A stretch of DNA of 64,000 nucleotides. Source: Octopus sinensis (Eukaryota). The position numbers and the translations under genes were made by a program. The notes beneath the pieces were generated by a model. That model saw only the letters and a list, made by a program, of their open reading frames with translations, made no database searches and was not told the DNA's origin. Position 1 is the stretch's first letter; each line of letters opens with the position of its first letter. Positions 12,471-24,092 of this stretch are shown here, in pieces. The stretch spans positions 27,714,001-27,778,000 of the forward strand of contig NC_042999.1 of assembly GCF_006345805.1 (NCBI RefSeq), read 5' to 3'.

Positions 12471-13145
12471 TGACTTGTTCTTCTTTTCGGATTATGGCTG
12501 TTGTTGCTTAGTGAGTGGGATTGACTCGGTGCACAGCCTTTCCTCACTTTAAAAAAATACTTCTTGCACAGGCATTGCAAGATAACAATTAAGCTTCGTG
12601 CAATGGTCATACTCGATAACGAGGGGGCAGTCACCACTGTTTTCATATTCTCCAGTAAAAGCATTTGATTCTTGCTCTGTAAACAGATATTTGATGACAT
12701 ATGCGAGGGAAAAAAAAATTGAAAAATTATTTTTTCTAGAAGTGTTCTTGGGGGTGTCTCTGTTTCTCGCAGCATAAGAAAAGAATTTTCAAAGCAGTTG
12801 AGGTAAAAGCGCCCTCCTCAGTTAAAGTTGGTAAAATTTTGAACGGATATACCTGCTTTCCATGTTCAAAGGATTTCTTTCGTCCTTTTGTTTCGTAATG
12901 TAACAAATTGTTGAAGAACTTGTTATATACACTCACTATAGCATTCTGTTTATCATTTTTTACCGCTTTACTGGCTCCATGTTAGAGTTAGAGGTTTTCT
13001 TTCCAAATATTTTTTAATTTGGTCAATCTTGTACACAATGGAAACTGTATTCACGAATGGACCGGCAATATGTAAGAGCATAAAGGCAGAAGAAAAATAT
13101 CACACACTATCCTCTGTTATTTCAATTTAGGAGTAAAGCGGAAAA

Positions 13146-13715
13146 GGATCTTTTCGGTTTGAACGGCAGTTTTTAACATAATTTCTAGGTAACTAAAAAA
13201 TTTTAAACTTCGTATACTGGTAGAATGTGTTTATAAAACATCTTTTTCTCTTGGCTTTATTAAGAAAATTCTATAGTTTGTAAGATATTTGTTGTCTTTT
13301 TTCTTCAATTTCTGCAATTTCAACCAATCAAATACGTCTATTGAGGTAAAAAAAACATTCTGTGCCGTATGAATATGTCCCTCGTTTAAGAAACAGATTG
13401 GGTTTATTTACATTTGTGAAGCAAAAAAAAATACCCTTCCCCACACCCCTAACCCTAACCCTAACTAACCCTAAACCTAACCCTAACTAACCCTAAAAAA
13501 GATTGAAATGCAATAGATCGATACTAGGGTCATAATTATGGGTGACAATTTCATACGACACCACTAGAAAAAACTGCCGTTCAAACCGAAAACCCTAACT
13601 AACCCTAACCCTAAAGTAGATTGAAATGCAATAGATCGATACTAGGGTCATAATTATGGGTGGCAATTTCATATGACACCGCTAGAAAAAACTGCCGTTC
13701 AAACCGAAAAGATCC
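13146..13715. mobile_element. MITE with 29-bp TIRs, 8-bp TSD and internal (CCCTAA)n; Merlin- or hAT-like
   Basis: GGATCTTTTCGGTTTGAACGGCAGTTTTT ... AAAAACTGCCGTTCAAACCGAAAAGATCC; TSD GCGGAAAA at 13138-13145 and 13716-13723. Confidence 0.9.
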
Positions 13716-14166
13716 GCGGAAAACATCTATGTAGAAGACTTGATTACTTTATCTACATGGTAGATTGGTAGATATAGTAATAAAATCTTCCTCTTAATGC
13801 TCTTTGTGATTTACGAAAAATAGAATGGTGCATAGCATAATGCATTCCTAGAAACTCTACCGCTATATCATGAGAGCGGACGATTTGATGAATATAAATT
13901 TATCGTATTTTACATACATAGGCTTACACACACTGGCAAACACACGCATACGCACATGCGCGTACTGTGACATGAGTACATTACATTATTGTACAGACGT
14001 GTATGTACCTGTCTTAGTAAGAGTGATGGACATACAGGGATTTTTTTTTTTGAAATGCATAGGGAACATGTAAAAAAAAATAGGCAACAATAACAACAAC
14101 AACGATACTACAAGACCAGTAACAACAACAACAATAATAATAATAGTAATAATAATAGTAATAATA

Positions 14167-14208
<42 letters not shown>

Positions 14209-14752
14209 GTAAAGATTGAAGGACAATTGAAAGACCAAAAATCTAAGTCTCAACGGAGAACTCCAGCTCTGGTGGTCTTACACGACAGCTGCTATCCTAA
14301 GACAACGTATGTGGCCAGTCACGTAGGAAGAGGGGATCGGTGTTCAGGATTAAAAAGGAAGGCAAACGTGTCTCTAAAAGACAAAGAGAAAGAAAAATGT
14401 CTCGTTGAGGAAGTGGAAAACATTTAGGTTCAGCAAAATAAAGTTCCTAGACAAGTGACTGAGTAATTGTCTGTTGGATATATATATATGCGTGTGTGTG
14501 TGTGTATATGTATGTATATTTATGCACGTATATATATACACATATATATGTACGTGTGTGTGCCTGTGTGCCTGTGTGTATATGTGCATGTGTGCATGTA
14601 TGTATATATATGCATGTATATTTATGCACGTATATATATATACGTATATATATATATATATACGTATATATATATGTGTGTTTGTAAATATATATAAACG
14701 CATGCACATATATGTATATATATATATATATGTTTATGTATGTGTACATATA

Positions 14753-14812
<60 letters not shown>

Positions 14813-14989
14813 CATATATATGTGCATATACATACACACATATATGTGTGTGTGTATATATATGTAGGCATATATATGTGCATATACATACACACATATA
14901 TGTGTGTTTCTCTTTATATGTATATCTATCAGTTTATGTACATATATGTGTGTGTGTGTATATATATATATATGTATGTGCGAATGTAT

Positions 14990-15031
<42 letters not shown>

Positions 15032-15149
15032 ACGTACGTCAGTGTACAAGACAAAAAAGTTAAAATAGCAAAGACGCACTGGTGACATGATGAATAACAT
15101 GACACCCATGAAGGAACATGCAGCAGCAGAAGTGGTGGTGGCGGTGGTG

Positions 15150-15202
<53 letters not shown>

Positions 15203-15353
15203 CTATCAATTTACATGCTTTTTTTTGTGTGTGTGTGTGTGTGCGCGCGTATGTATTTGTGTATATGTTGTAGGGTGGGCTTTAGTTCTTCGACACTGGG
15301 TCTGTACACGGCTTGTCTCCCGTGCGTATGTATGTGTGAGCGTGTATGAGTGT

Positions 15354-15434
<81 letters not shown>

Positions 15435-15945
15435 GGAGAGAGAGAGAGATGTTATTTGTGACTGGGAGGGTAAATGCATATAGGAAACCAACTGCCTACA
15501 GCAGACATGGGCTGGTCGTGAAGGGTTTCCTTTTTTTTTTTTTTGAGGTGTGTATTTTACCAACAGCGACGACCGACTGACGAAGGAATTGCTAAGCTTT
15601 CGCCACTACCACCTACACTACCACCACCACCACCACCACCACCACCACCACCACCACCACCACCAACGACAACAACAACAATGACAGCAAGAACGGCGAC
15701 TACTTGACATTCTCTTTCACTTAACACTATCCCAGACGTTTCAACTGCACTCGTTACTTGGCTTGAACGAAAGAACGACGGAGTGATGGGAGACACGGCT
15801 AGAGAACGAACGGGTAGGAAACGGGTGGAGGATGAAGCTAACAGCTAAACGACTTGAGGTCTTTAAGTTGCGCACTTTAACTTTTAAGTTCGAATTATTT
15901 GTCAACCTCGAAGAATCGTTTGAGCAACGAAAACCAATGCCCAGC

Positions 15946-16170
15946 GGCAGAAACGTTAGCACGCCGGGCGAAATGTGGTGCCGTATTTCGTCTGTCGTTA
16001 CGTTATGAGTTCAAATTCCGCCGAGGTCAACTTTGCCTTTCATCCTTTCGGGGTCGATAAATTAAGTACCAGTTACGCACTGGGGTCGATGTAATCGACT
16101 TAATACCTATGCCTGTCCTTGTTTGTCCCCTCTATGTTTAGCCCCTTGTGGGTAATAAAGAAATAGGTAT
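15946..16170 (+). mobile_element. SINE family A
   Basis: Full body, ending AAAGAAATAG-GTAT. Confidence 0.9.
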
Positions 16171-16400
16171 ATATTCTTGCTCTTTGTGTTCCAAGTTCAA
16201 ATCACGTTGGGGTCAAGTTTGCTTTACATCCCTCCGTGATCAATGAAATTTTGTACCAGTCAAGCTATGGAGTCGATATTATCGAACAAGCCTCTTCATT
16301 CAAAGTGACTGGCTTTGTGGATAGAATTGTAACAGCATTGGACAAAAGGCCACGCCGCATATCGTATGGTTTTTACGTTCTGGGATCTCGAGAAGATCCA

Positions 16401-16533
16401 CGTTCTGAGTTCAAATGCTGCAGATGTCGACTTTGCCTTTCATCTTTTCAAGGTCGATAAAATAAAGTAGCAGCCAAGTGCTGGAGTCATTGTAATCGAC
16501 TACCACCCGCCCCCAAAATTTTAGGCCTAGTGC
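16401..16533 (+). mobile_element. SINE family A, truncated older copy
   Basis: CGTTCTGAGTTCAAATG...GTCGATAAAATAAAGTAG. Confidence 0.75.
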
Positions 16534-16536
16534 ATA

Positions 16537-16579
<43 letters not shown>

Positions 16580-16621
16580 TGTTGTAGTAGTTGTAGTAGT
16601 AGTAGTAGTAGTAGTAATAGC

Positions 16622-16659
<38 letters not shown>

Positions 16660-16919
16660 AGACATGTCCCGTAACAGCGCGTCGACGCGTCCGCCATTTG
16701 TTGGCGGCTCCCTGCTCCGGGTAGATGACATTTTTGCACCACTCAGGCGACAACCCGCCGACCCATGGCCCTGTTTGAGTAATCGTTGCTGCTGAGAGTT
16801 TTATGAGGTTTGACTGCAAACTCCTTTAGCCGTCTTTTGCGACACGCAGAGAAAACATTAGGTCTATTCTTTGATATGCTGGTCCCCACACAACTCATTA
16901 TACTGGAAAGGATTTTCAA

Positions 16920-17350
16920 GGCAGCCTGCTGGCAGAATCGTTAGCACGCCGGACAAAATGCTAAGCGGCATTTCGTCCGTCCATACATTCTGAGTTCAAA
17001 TTCCACTAAGGTCAACTGTACCTTTCATCCTTTCAGGGTCTATAAAATAAGTATTAGTTGAGTACTAGAGTCGATGCCATCGACTGTCCCTCTCCCCACA
17101 AATTTCAGGCTTTGTACCTATATTAGAAAGGATTGTTATTAAGATGGTGAGCTGGCAGAACCGTTAATGCGTCAGACAAAATGCCTAGCTGCATTTCTTC
17201 CGATTCATTACGTTCCAAGTTCAAATCATACCAAAGATGACTTTGCCTTTCGTCCTTTCGGGGTTGCTGAAATAAGTACCAAATAAGCTCTGTGGTCAAT
17301 ATGATTAACTAAAACCTAACCAAAATTTTCATGCCTTGTACCTATATTAA
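16920..17350 (+). mobile_element. Two adjacent older SINE family A copies
   Basis: Heads CTGGCAGAATCGTTAGC (about 16929) and GGTGAGCTGGCAGAACCGTTAA (about 17146). Confidence 0.8.
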
Positions 17351-17396
17351 TATTATTATGGGTGGCCGATTAGCAGAATTGTTTAGAGAGCTTCAG

Positions 17397-17781
17397 GGCG
17401 ACGAGCTGGCAGAAACGTGAGCACGCCAGGCGAAATGCTTAGCGGTATTTCGTCTGAGTTCAAATTCTGCCAAGGTCGACTTTGCCTTTCATCCTTTCGG
17501 GGTCGATAAATTAAGTACCTGTTACGCACTGGGATCGGTGTAATCGACTTAATCCTCTTTGTCTGTCCTTGTTTGTCCCCTCTGTGTTTAGCCCCTTGTG
17601 GGCAGTAAAGAAATAGGTATTTCATCTGCCGTTACCTTCTGAGTTCAATTTTCGCCGAGGTCGACTTTGCCTTTCATCGTTTCGGGGTCGATAAATTAAG
17701 TACCAGTTACGCACTAGGGTCGAAGTAATCGACTTAATACCTTTGTCTGTCCTTGTTTGCCCCGTGGGTAGTAAAGAAATA
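17397..17781 (+). mobile_element. SINE family A dimer within one TSD
   Basis: Junction AAAGAAATAG|GTATTTC at 17616/17617; flanks AGAATTGTTTAGAG(AG)CTTC on both sides. Confidence 0.9.
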
Positions 17782-18167
17782 AGAATTGTTTAGAGCTTCG
17801 GTACTTGTTTCGTAAAGATATTCGGAATTCAGATCTCGCCGCGGTCAGCTTTGCCTTTAATGTCTCCGAGATCGATAAAATACAAGCTTCGTCAAGTAGC
17901 TGTGATTGATTTAATCGTCTAATTCGTTCCTCTCCAAATTAATGGCTTTATCTTAAATTAGAAACTACTAAAAGCAGATGATTTAAGTGGACAGATTGAG
18001 TAGTTGAGGAGATTCTACCGTTATACTTTAGTTGTTGAGATGTGAGCTCTGCGGTCCTATTTTTCAGAATATATTGACAGCCGAGATGCATTTCTCTTCT
18101 GATAAGCGTAACTGATTATAATTTTATCAGGTATGAAGCATTGTTTTACTTTTGTATAGACAGCATG

Positions 18168-18215
<48 letters not shown>

Positions 18216-18348
18216 ACATGTGTATACATACATACGTACGTGTGTGTGTGTGTGTGAGGGAGCTTGTGTGTGTGTGTGTGTGTGGGTGGTTACGTTTAAC
18301 TATTTGAATTCTTCCACTGAGGAAGGAGCTGGTTTAAAATAAAACACA

Positions 18349-18511
18349 GGCGCAGGAGTGGCTGTGTGGTAAGTAGCTTGCTTAACAATCACGTGGTTCC
18401 AAGTTCATTCCCACTGCGTGGCAACTTGGGCAAGTGTCTTCTACTATAGCCTCGGGCCGACCAAAGCCTTGTGAGTGAATTTGGTAGACGGAAACTGAAG
18501 GCAGCCCGTCG

Positions 18512-18512
<1 letters not shown>
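18349..18512 (+). mobile_element. SINE family B, 5' half (3' half displaced to about 19548-19730 by nested inserts)
   Basis: GGCGCAGGAGTGGCTGTGTGG head and CORE-like motif, ending GCCCGTCG(TA)n. Confidence 0.9.
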
Positions 18513-18535
<23 letters not shown>

Positions 18536-18543
<8 letters not shown>

Positions 18544-19268
18544 AATTATGAGAGAGTTACCACTATGTGGATAGCTCTAGTGCTAAAAATAGCTCCGTTC
18601 CTAGTAAAGCCACAGAAAAGATGTTTCCAAGGAGAGGAGCTATTTTTAGCACTAGAGCTATCCACATAGTGGTAACTCTCTCATAATTTATGTATAAATT
18701 TGTATTATCTCCCTAGTTTCATGTGCTAAGCCACTTGGTGTTAAATTGATGGTATTATTAAATTAATATCAAATTTTTCACCCTCATTTATAAATTTATA
18801 AATTTAATTATGCTGCAGTAAATATTTTATGCAGTATTCGTTTCCAATGAGTCTTAGCATGCTTTTGGCGGGTGATTTGAGGCATAACTACAAATGCAAT
18901 CGATTAAACCGCACGTGTTTTTGACGCTCGTGAGGGTCTAGTAAATTGTATTTAAGACAAACCTCTGCCGATGATTTATAGATGTCTATGTAAGTAAAAT
19001 TACATATTACATTAGTAATGAAACAATTGTTCAGGGTCAATCTATGTTTTCGTTATGTTTCACTTTCCTTCCGTTAAGTGTAATGTTATTTCTCCTTGGA
19101 AACATCTTTTCTGTGGCTTTACTAGGAACGGAGCTATTTTTAGCACTAGAGCTATCCACATAGTTTATGTATAAATTTGTATTATCTCCCTAGTTTCATG
19201 TGCTAAGCCACTTGGTGTTGAATTGATGGTATTATTAAATTAATATCAAATTTTTCACCCTCATTTAT
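18536..19268 (+). mobile_element. Penelope-like pLTR-type insert with an inverted 5' segment, direct repeats and a hammerhead motif
   Basis: 18636-18790 recurs at 19130-19268 apart from a short deletion; 18562-18635 is the reverse complement of 19091-19164; hammerhead motif at 18963-19036; (TA)n flanks. Confidence 0.7.
18963..19036 (+). ncRNA. Type I hammerhead-like ribozyme, CCGAUGA core
   Basis: Stem I CTCTG/CAGGG; CCGATGA; long imperfect stem II; GAAA; palindromic CAATTG; GUU site. Confidence 0.6.
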
Positions 19269-19284
19269 ATATATATATATATGA

Positions 19285-19488
19285 CCGCGTGTGTACCGTT
19301 GGCGATTTTTTTTCCTCCGTCTTCCCTTCTCTGGATCTTTCCTTTTCCTATGTTTCTGACGAAGAGCTCTGCTCGAAACGTAAAACTCTCCTTCTTCCCT
19401 TCCTTCCTGAGCGTCCAATAATACTATATTTGTTCCACGTCCTCGTGTTGTTGTGCTTTCTCTTTGTGTTTTCACGTTTGGATTAACT
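19285..19488 (+). mobile_element. About 200-bp (TA)n-embedded pLTR-like mini-element with a hammerhead
   Basis: Pyrimidine-rich, flanked by (TA)n. A truncated reverse copy of its 3' end lies at about 37686-37731. Confidence 0.75.
19352..19386 (+). ncRNA. Minimal type I hammerhead ribozyme with an intact core
   Basis: GTTT-CTGACGA-A-GAGC(TCT)GCTC-GAAA-CG-TA-AAAC. Confidence 0.8.
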
Positions 19489-19490
19489 AA

Positions 19491-19544
<54 letters not shown>

Positions 19545-19547
19545 TGT

Positions 19548-19730
19548 GTATCTGCATTTGTCCCCCCACCACACCATCACTTGACAACCGATGCTGGTGT
19601 GTTTACGTCCGATAGAATAAGTACTTAGCTTACAAAGAATAAGTTCTGGGGTCGGTTTGCTTGACTAAAGATGGTGCTCCAGCATGGCCGCAGTCATATG
19701 ACTGAAACAAGTATAAGAGTAAAAGAGTAA
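19548..19730 (+). mobile_element. SINE family B, 3' half
   Basis: TTGACAACCGATGCTGGTGTG...GGTGCTCCAGCATGGCCGCAGTC...TAAAAGAG. Confidence 0.85.
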
Positions 19731-21293
19731 ACTGCATCGTTGGAAAGTAGATAACAAAAAACAGTGTCACATTTTAAGCTTGAGTAAAGTCTTGCATATT
19801 TTTATTGTTCATCTTATATATTGTACTTGAAATGTGCAAGCAGGTTGATTGTATGTATGTATGTATGTATGTATGTATGTATGTATGTATGTATGTATGT
19901 ATGTATGTATGTATGTATGCATGTATGCATGTATGTATGTATACGTGTGTCGTACGTATATATGTGTGTATGTATGAATGTATTATTTATGTATGTATGT
20001 ATGTATGCATGTATGTATGTATGTATTCGTGTGTTGTTTGTATGTATGTGTGTATGTATGTATGTATGTATGTATGCGTGTGTCGTATGTATGTATATGT
20101 ATGTATTATGTATGCATGTATGTATGTATGTATGTATACGTGTTTGTCTCTCACGATGCTTGAAACCGGTGTCAGGTTGTTTACGTTCCCGTAACTTAAT
20201 CTGTTTGGTAAAAAAAGCCTAGTAAAATAAGTATCAAACTTTAAAACTAATGGGTTCGATTAGTTCGACCAAAAACTCTTCAAGGCAGTGCCCCCAGGGT
20301 GGCCGCAGTCCAATGATTGAAACAAGTTTTAAAAAAATATTTAAAAAAGCTTACGTGTGTGTGTGTGTGTGTTTGTGTGTGTGTGTGCGTGCATATGTGT
20401 ATGTGCAGGTGCTCGCACGTGCACGTGTATGTGTACAGAACAGAATTTTAGTTGAGTTAGTGCTGGTCTGAGTCGGGTAAAATCGTAGTTATTGTAAACC
20501 TGTAAAATTTCTTAAGTAGCGTGTATGGTGCTGCGAGAAAAGTTTCTGCTATTTTGGACAGAATCCTTCATAAAGGAGCAAGAAAATATCTTCCTTGATT
20601 TTTGCCCATCACCAATGTCATATAAAATGCAGGTTGCTACGTTTAATTTGGTGGGTTGAAAATAATATCTCATTGACCCACCCAGGGACGACAAAGTTAT
20701 TATTGAAGGCGGTGCTCCAGCATAACCACAGCCTAATGATTGAAACAAGGAAAAGACAAAATATAATAATCATGACAGCCCTTGGCGTTAATAAGAATTA
20801 ATCTTAAGAGAAACAAATGAACTCTGAAATAGATTTTCATTAATGCTAATGACTATCCGCATTACAGTTCTAATTTCATTTGATTAGAATTTATTTTTAG
20901 TTCGCTATCTTAAGTATGGTTGACTGGGCTCAATCAATGTTCTTCACATAGGTGGCTCATTGGCACTACTGTTAAGACGTTCATAACCAATTATTTCTCT
21001 GTATAATATGTTCTTACATAGGTTGTCTGAATAAAATTGAAAAAAAAAAAAGAATAGGAACGACTAAAATACATTTTATCTCAGGGCTACATCTTCCCAT
21101 TCTTCCATTCTTCCTCTCTTCCTCCTCCTTCTCCCCTATTACTTCACCTTCCCTTACCCCTCCCCTCCTCCTCCTCTCATCTTCCTTCTCCTCACCTCCT
21201 TCACCTCCTCCTTTCATCCCTTTTTCACCTCCTCCTCTCTTCATCTCCTTCCTCTCTTCATCTTCTCCTCCCTTTCCCCTCCACATCCTCCTC

Positions 21294-21523
21294 ATTTCTT
21301 TACTGCCCACAAGAAGCTACACACAGAAGGGACAAACAAGGACAGACAAACGGATTAAGTCGATTATATCGACTCCAGTGTGTAACTGGTACTTTTTTAA
21401 TTGACCCCGAAAGGATGAAAGGCAAAGTCAACTTCGGTGAAATTTCAACTCAGAACGTAGCGGCAGACGAAATACTGCTAAGCATTTCGCCCGGCGTGCT
21501 AACGATTCTGCCAGCTCACCGCC
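21294..21523 (-). mobile_element. SINE family A with a 13-bp TSD in a CT-rich tract
   Basis: TSD CCACATCCTCCTC at 21281-21293 and 21528-21540. Confidence 0.9.
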
Positions 21524-21555
21524 TCTTCCACATCCTCCTCTTCCTCTCTTCTCCT

Positions 21556-21824
21556 CATCATAGTTTCAGAAAACTAACTACATTAGGTATGATAAAAAAA
21601 TATTCAGACAAATACATAACAAAAACACCAGGACTTACAAACACATATAACATACAGAAAATTGCACTACTAGGCACTGCACACACCCTACGCAAAACAC
21701 TTTCAATACAGTAACCATCAGAGCGCCACAACAAATCACAACACATACCCAAGGCACACAGAGCTGCGCTCGGTAGTGAAGTGAAAGCACAGTATAAAAA
21801 TAAAACTACTGAATAATAAAACTA

Positions 21825-21827
<3 letters not shown>
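21556..21827 (+). mobile_element. R4/Dong-type LINE 3' end, same family as 2804-3370
   Basis: KIALLGTAHTLRKTLS; the 3' UTR matches; terminal AATAAAACTACTGAAT is duplicated and followed by (AAT)n. Confidence 0.85.
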
Positions 21828-21865
<38 letters not shown>

Positions 21866-21882
21866 TAATAATGATAATGATA

Positions 21883-21926
<44 letters not shown>

Positions 21927-22000
21927 AACAATAATATAATAATAACAACAACATCGAAAAATACTTTAGGAATGAGAACTCAGGTTCGAAATTTCCCCAA

Positions 22001-22046
22001 GACACCTGAAGAAGGCTGGAGGGTATATCAGCCGAAACGTGGTGTT
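22001..22046 (+). ncRNA. Minimal type I hammerhead motif, cleavage site mutated to GUG, in a short repeat at about 21945-22110
   Basis: GACAC-CTGAAGA-A-GGCTG(10 nt)CAGCC-GAAA-CG-TG-GTGTT. Confidence 0.7.
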
Positions 22047-22516
22047 AACAACAAACAAGATGAGGTCAAATATCTGTCAAATGTAAATAATGTAAATAAT
22101 GTAGATATTTCTTTGTTGACAACATTAATTTACACTTTACTCACGCAAATTTCACCTTCCAGTCTTGTGATCAAGTTTTTCATGTGGACAGAGTCTCTCT
22201 GTTTCAACATATTGCAAGAATTTCACCTTCACTTCGAAATGTTTTTGTAAGCCTACGTCAATTTCCATCCAATAAAATTTCCAGCTCAAAGCTTCCATTC
22301 ATATGAAGAAAGGATGTATATATATATATATATAATGAAGAACAAGATAATCCTAGAAAGAGGGGTTTGTAACAGCTTTGATTCTTGATCACCTCAAACC
22401 TAATGCTTTTCAATTAATTAAAGATGTTCTAACTATGGCCATCCCTACCGGGATGATGCAGAAGAGAAAATACAATAGTCATGATTGGAGCATCATTAAC
22501 CACATCCTTAAATATG

Positions 22517-22740
22517 TTTCTTTATTACCCACAAGGGGCTAAATATAGAAGGGACAAACAAGAACAGACAAACGGATTAAGTCGATTACATCGACCCCAG
22601 TGCATAACTGGTACTTAATTTATCGACCCCGGAAGGATAAAAGGCAAAGTTGACCTCGGCGGAATATGAACTCAGATCGGAAAGACGACGAAATACAGTA
22701 ACGTATTTCGCCCGGCGTGCTAACGTTTCTGCCAGCTCAC
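22517..22740 (-). mobile_element. SINE family A
   Basis: Full body and head. Confidence 0.9.
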
Positions 22741-24009
22741 AATATCAAGGAAGAAGGTAAGTCAGGGATCAAAAAGTAAAAATCTCTACGTACCATAATT
22801 CCTGCTGAAATACAAGTTTGAGTTCCTTCAAATGGCATTTTAATTCAGGAAGAACGCATTGGATAATCTAGTCCTGGATATACTGTATCTCAGTAAAAGA
22901 CAGGACATATTCGATATTGTAGCCTTAGATACACTATGACTTGAATACAACACACGACATATTAGACAATGTAGTCCTAGATACACAATGCCTAAATACA
23001 AGATAGAATAGATCAGATGGTGTAGTCCTAGATACAATGAGTCTGAATAAAATAGCTGCTACTTTACCCATGTCCAGATGGTCTATCAATTCCAGCCTTC
23101 ACCTCAATACATTACTGTAGGAACATCAACAGTCACTCATCTGTCCAGAAATAGCAGCCAACTCTATCACTAATTCCAGAATGCAACATTATAAAAGAAG
23201 AACGTATTACATAATGCTAGAAAGACAGGTTGGTCACGTTTGAAATGGCGTTGATCCTTAATCAACTCAAACCCAAACCTATCCACTTACTCAATTTCAG
23301 CCACTCCTTTCTTCTCTAAAATACTTCATTCCACAAACATTATGTCGAACAGTTTTGGCAATCCTTTATTCTAAAATTTATGCAGACCAGGCCTTTAAAA
23401 CCCCATCATTCCCCAAACACATACATGGCAACAGACATCGACCTTCAGACAACCACCTCAAATATCAACCACGACATCATAAGACAGGGAGGGTGCTGAA
23501 GGGGAAGACCATATATCACTCCCTCGTCATCCAAACATCAAATACAGAAATAAATGCTTAGGAGATGGGCGAAAAGGCAGTCAAGAGTGAGTGCAAACTA
23601 GACATACATATATACATACATACATACATACATACATACATACATACATACATACATACATACATACATACATACATAGGAACGTAGGTACGTACATACA
23701 AACACCATGGGAGTCCAAGAAGTTCTTGTGCGTGAATTTGTTTCGAATGGAGAAAGTGTTCAACAGCACTGAACACACTTTACAGCGCAATCAGCTATAT
23801 AATTACATAGATACACGTACATATGTATAAGTGAGTCATATTTACAAGAGGTGTGGGTTCGTGTAACCCGTGGGACACGAACCCAAATCTCCTTCCATTT
23901 TTTTCTTTCTCAAAGTATTTGAAACCAATATTCACACCCTATTATTTATAGCTCTATGTGTTTCGAGATTCACTGTTCCTAAAAAGACCACACACACACA
24001 CACAAAACA

Positions 24010-24092
<83 letters not shown>

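Noticed and set aside
12458-12936. ORFs containing KVRKGCAPS, loosely like an RT motif
   Set aside because: A single weak motif with no other RT motifs in order.
14374-15109. ORFs of about 200 aa rich in Y, I, C, V and H (similar ones at 19805, 31007, 41157, 47607, 51407 and 60129)
   Set aside because: They are (TA)n, (TG)n, (TATG)n and (GATA)n repeats.
22860-23050. Recurrent GTCCTAGATACA motif
   Set aside because: A degenerate minisatellite with irregular spacing and no further structure.
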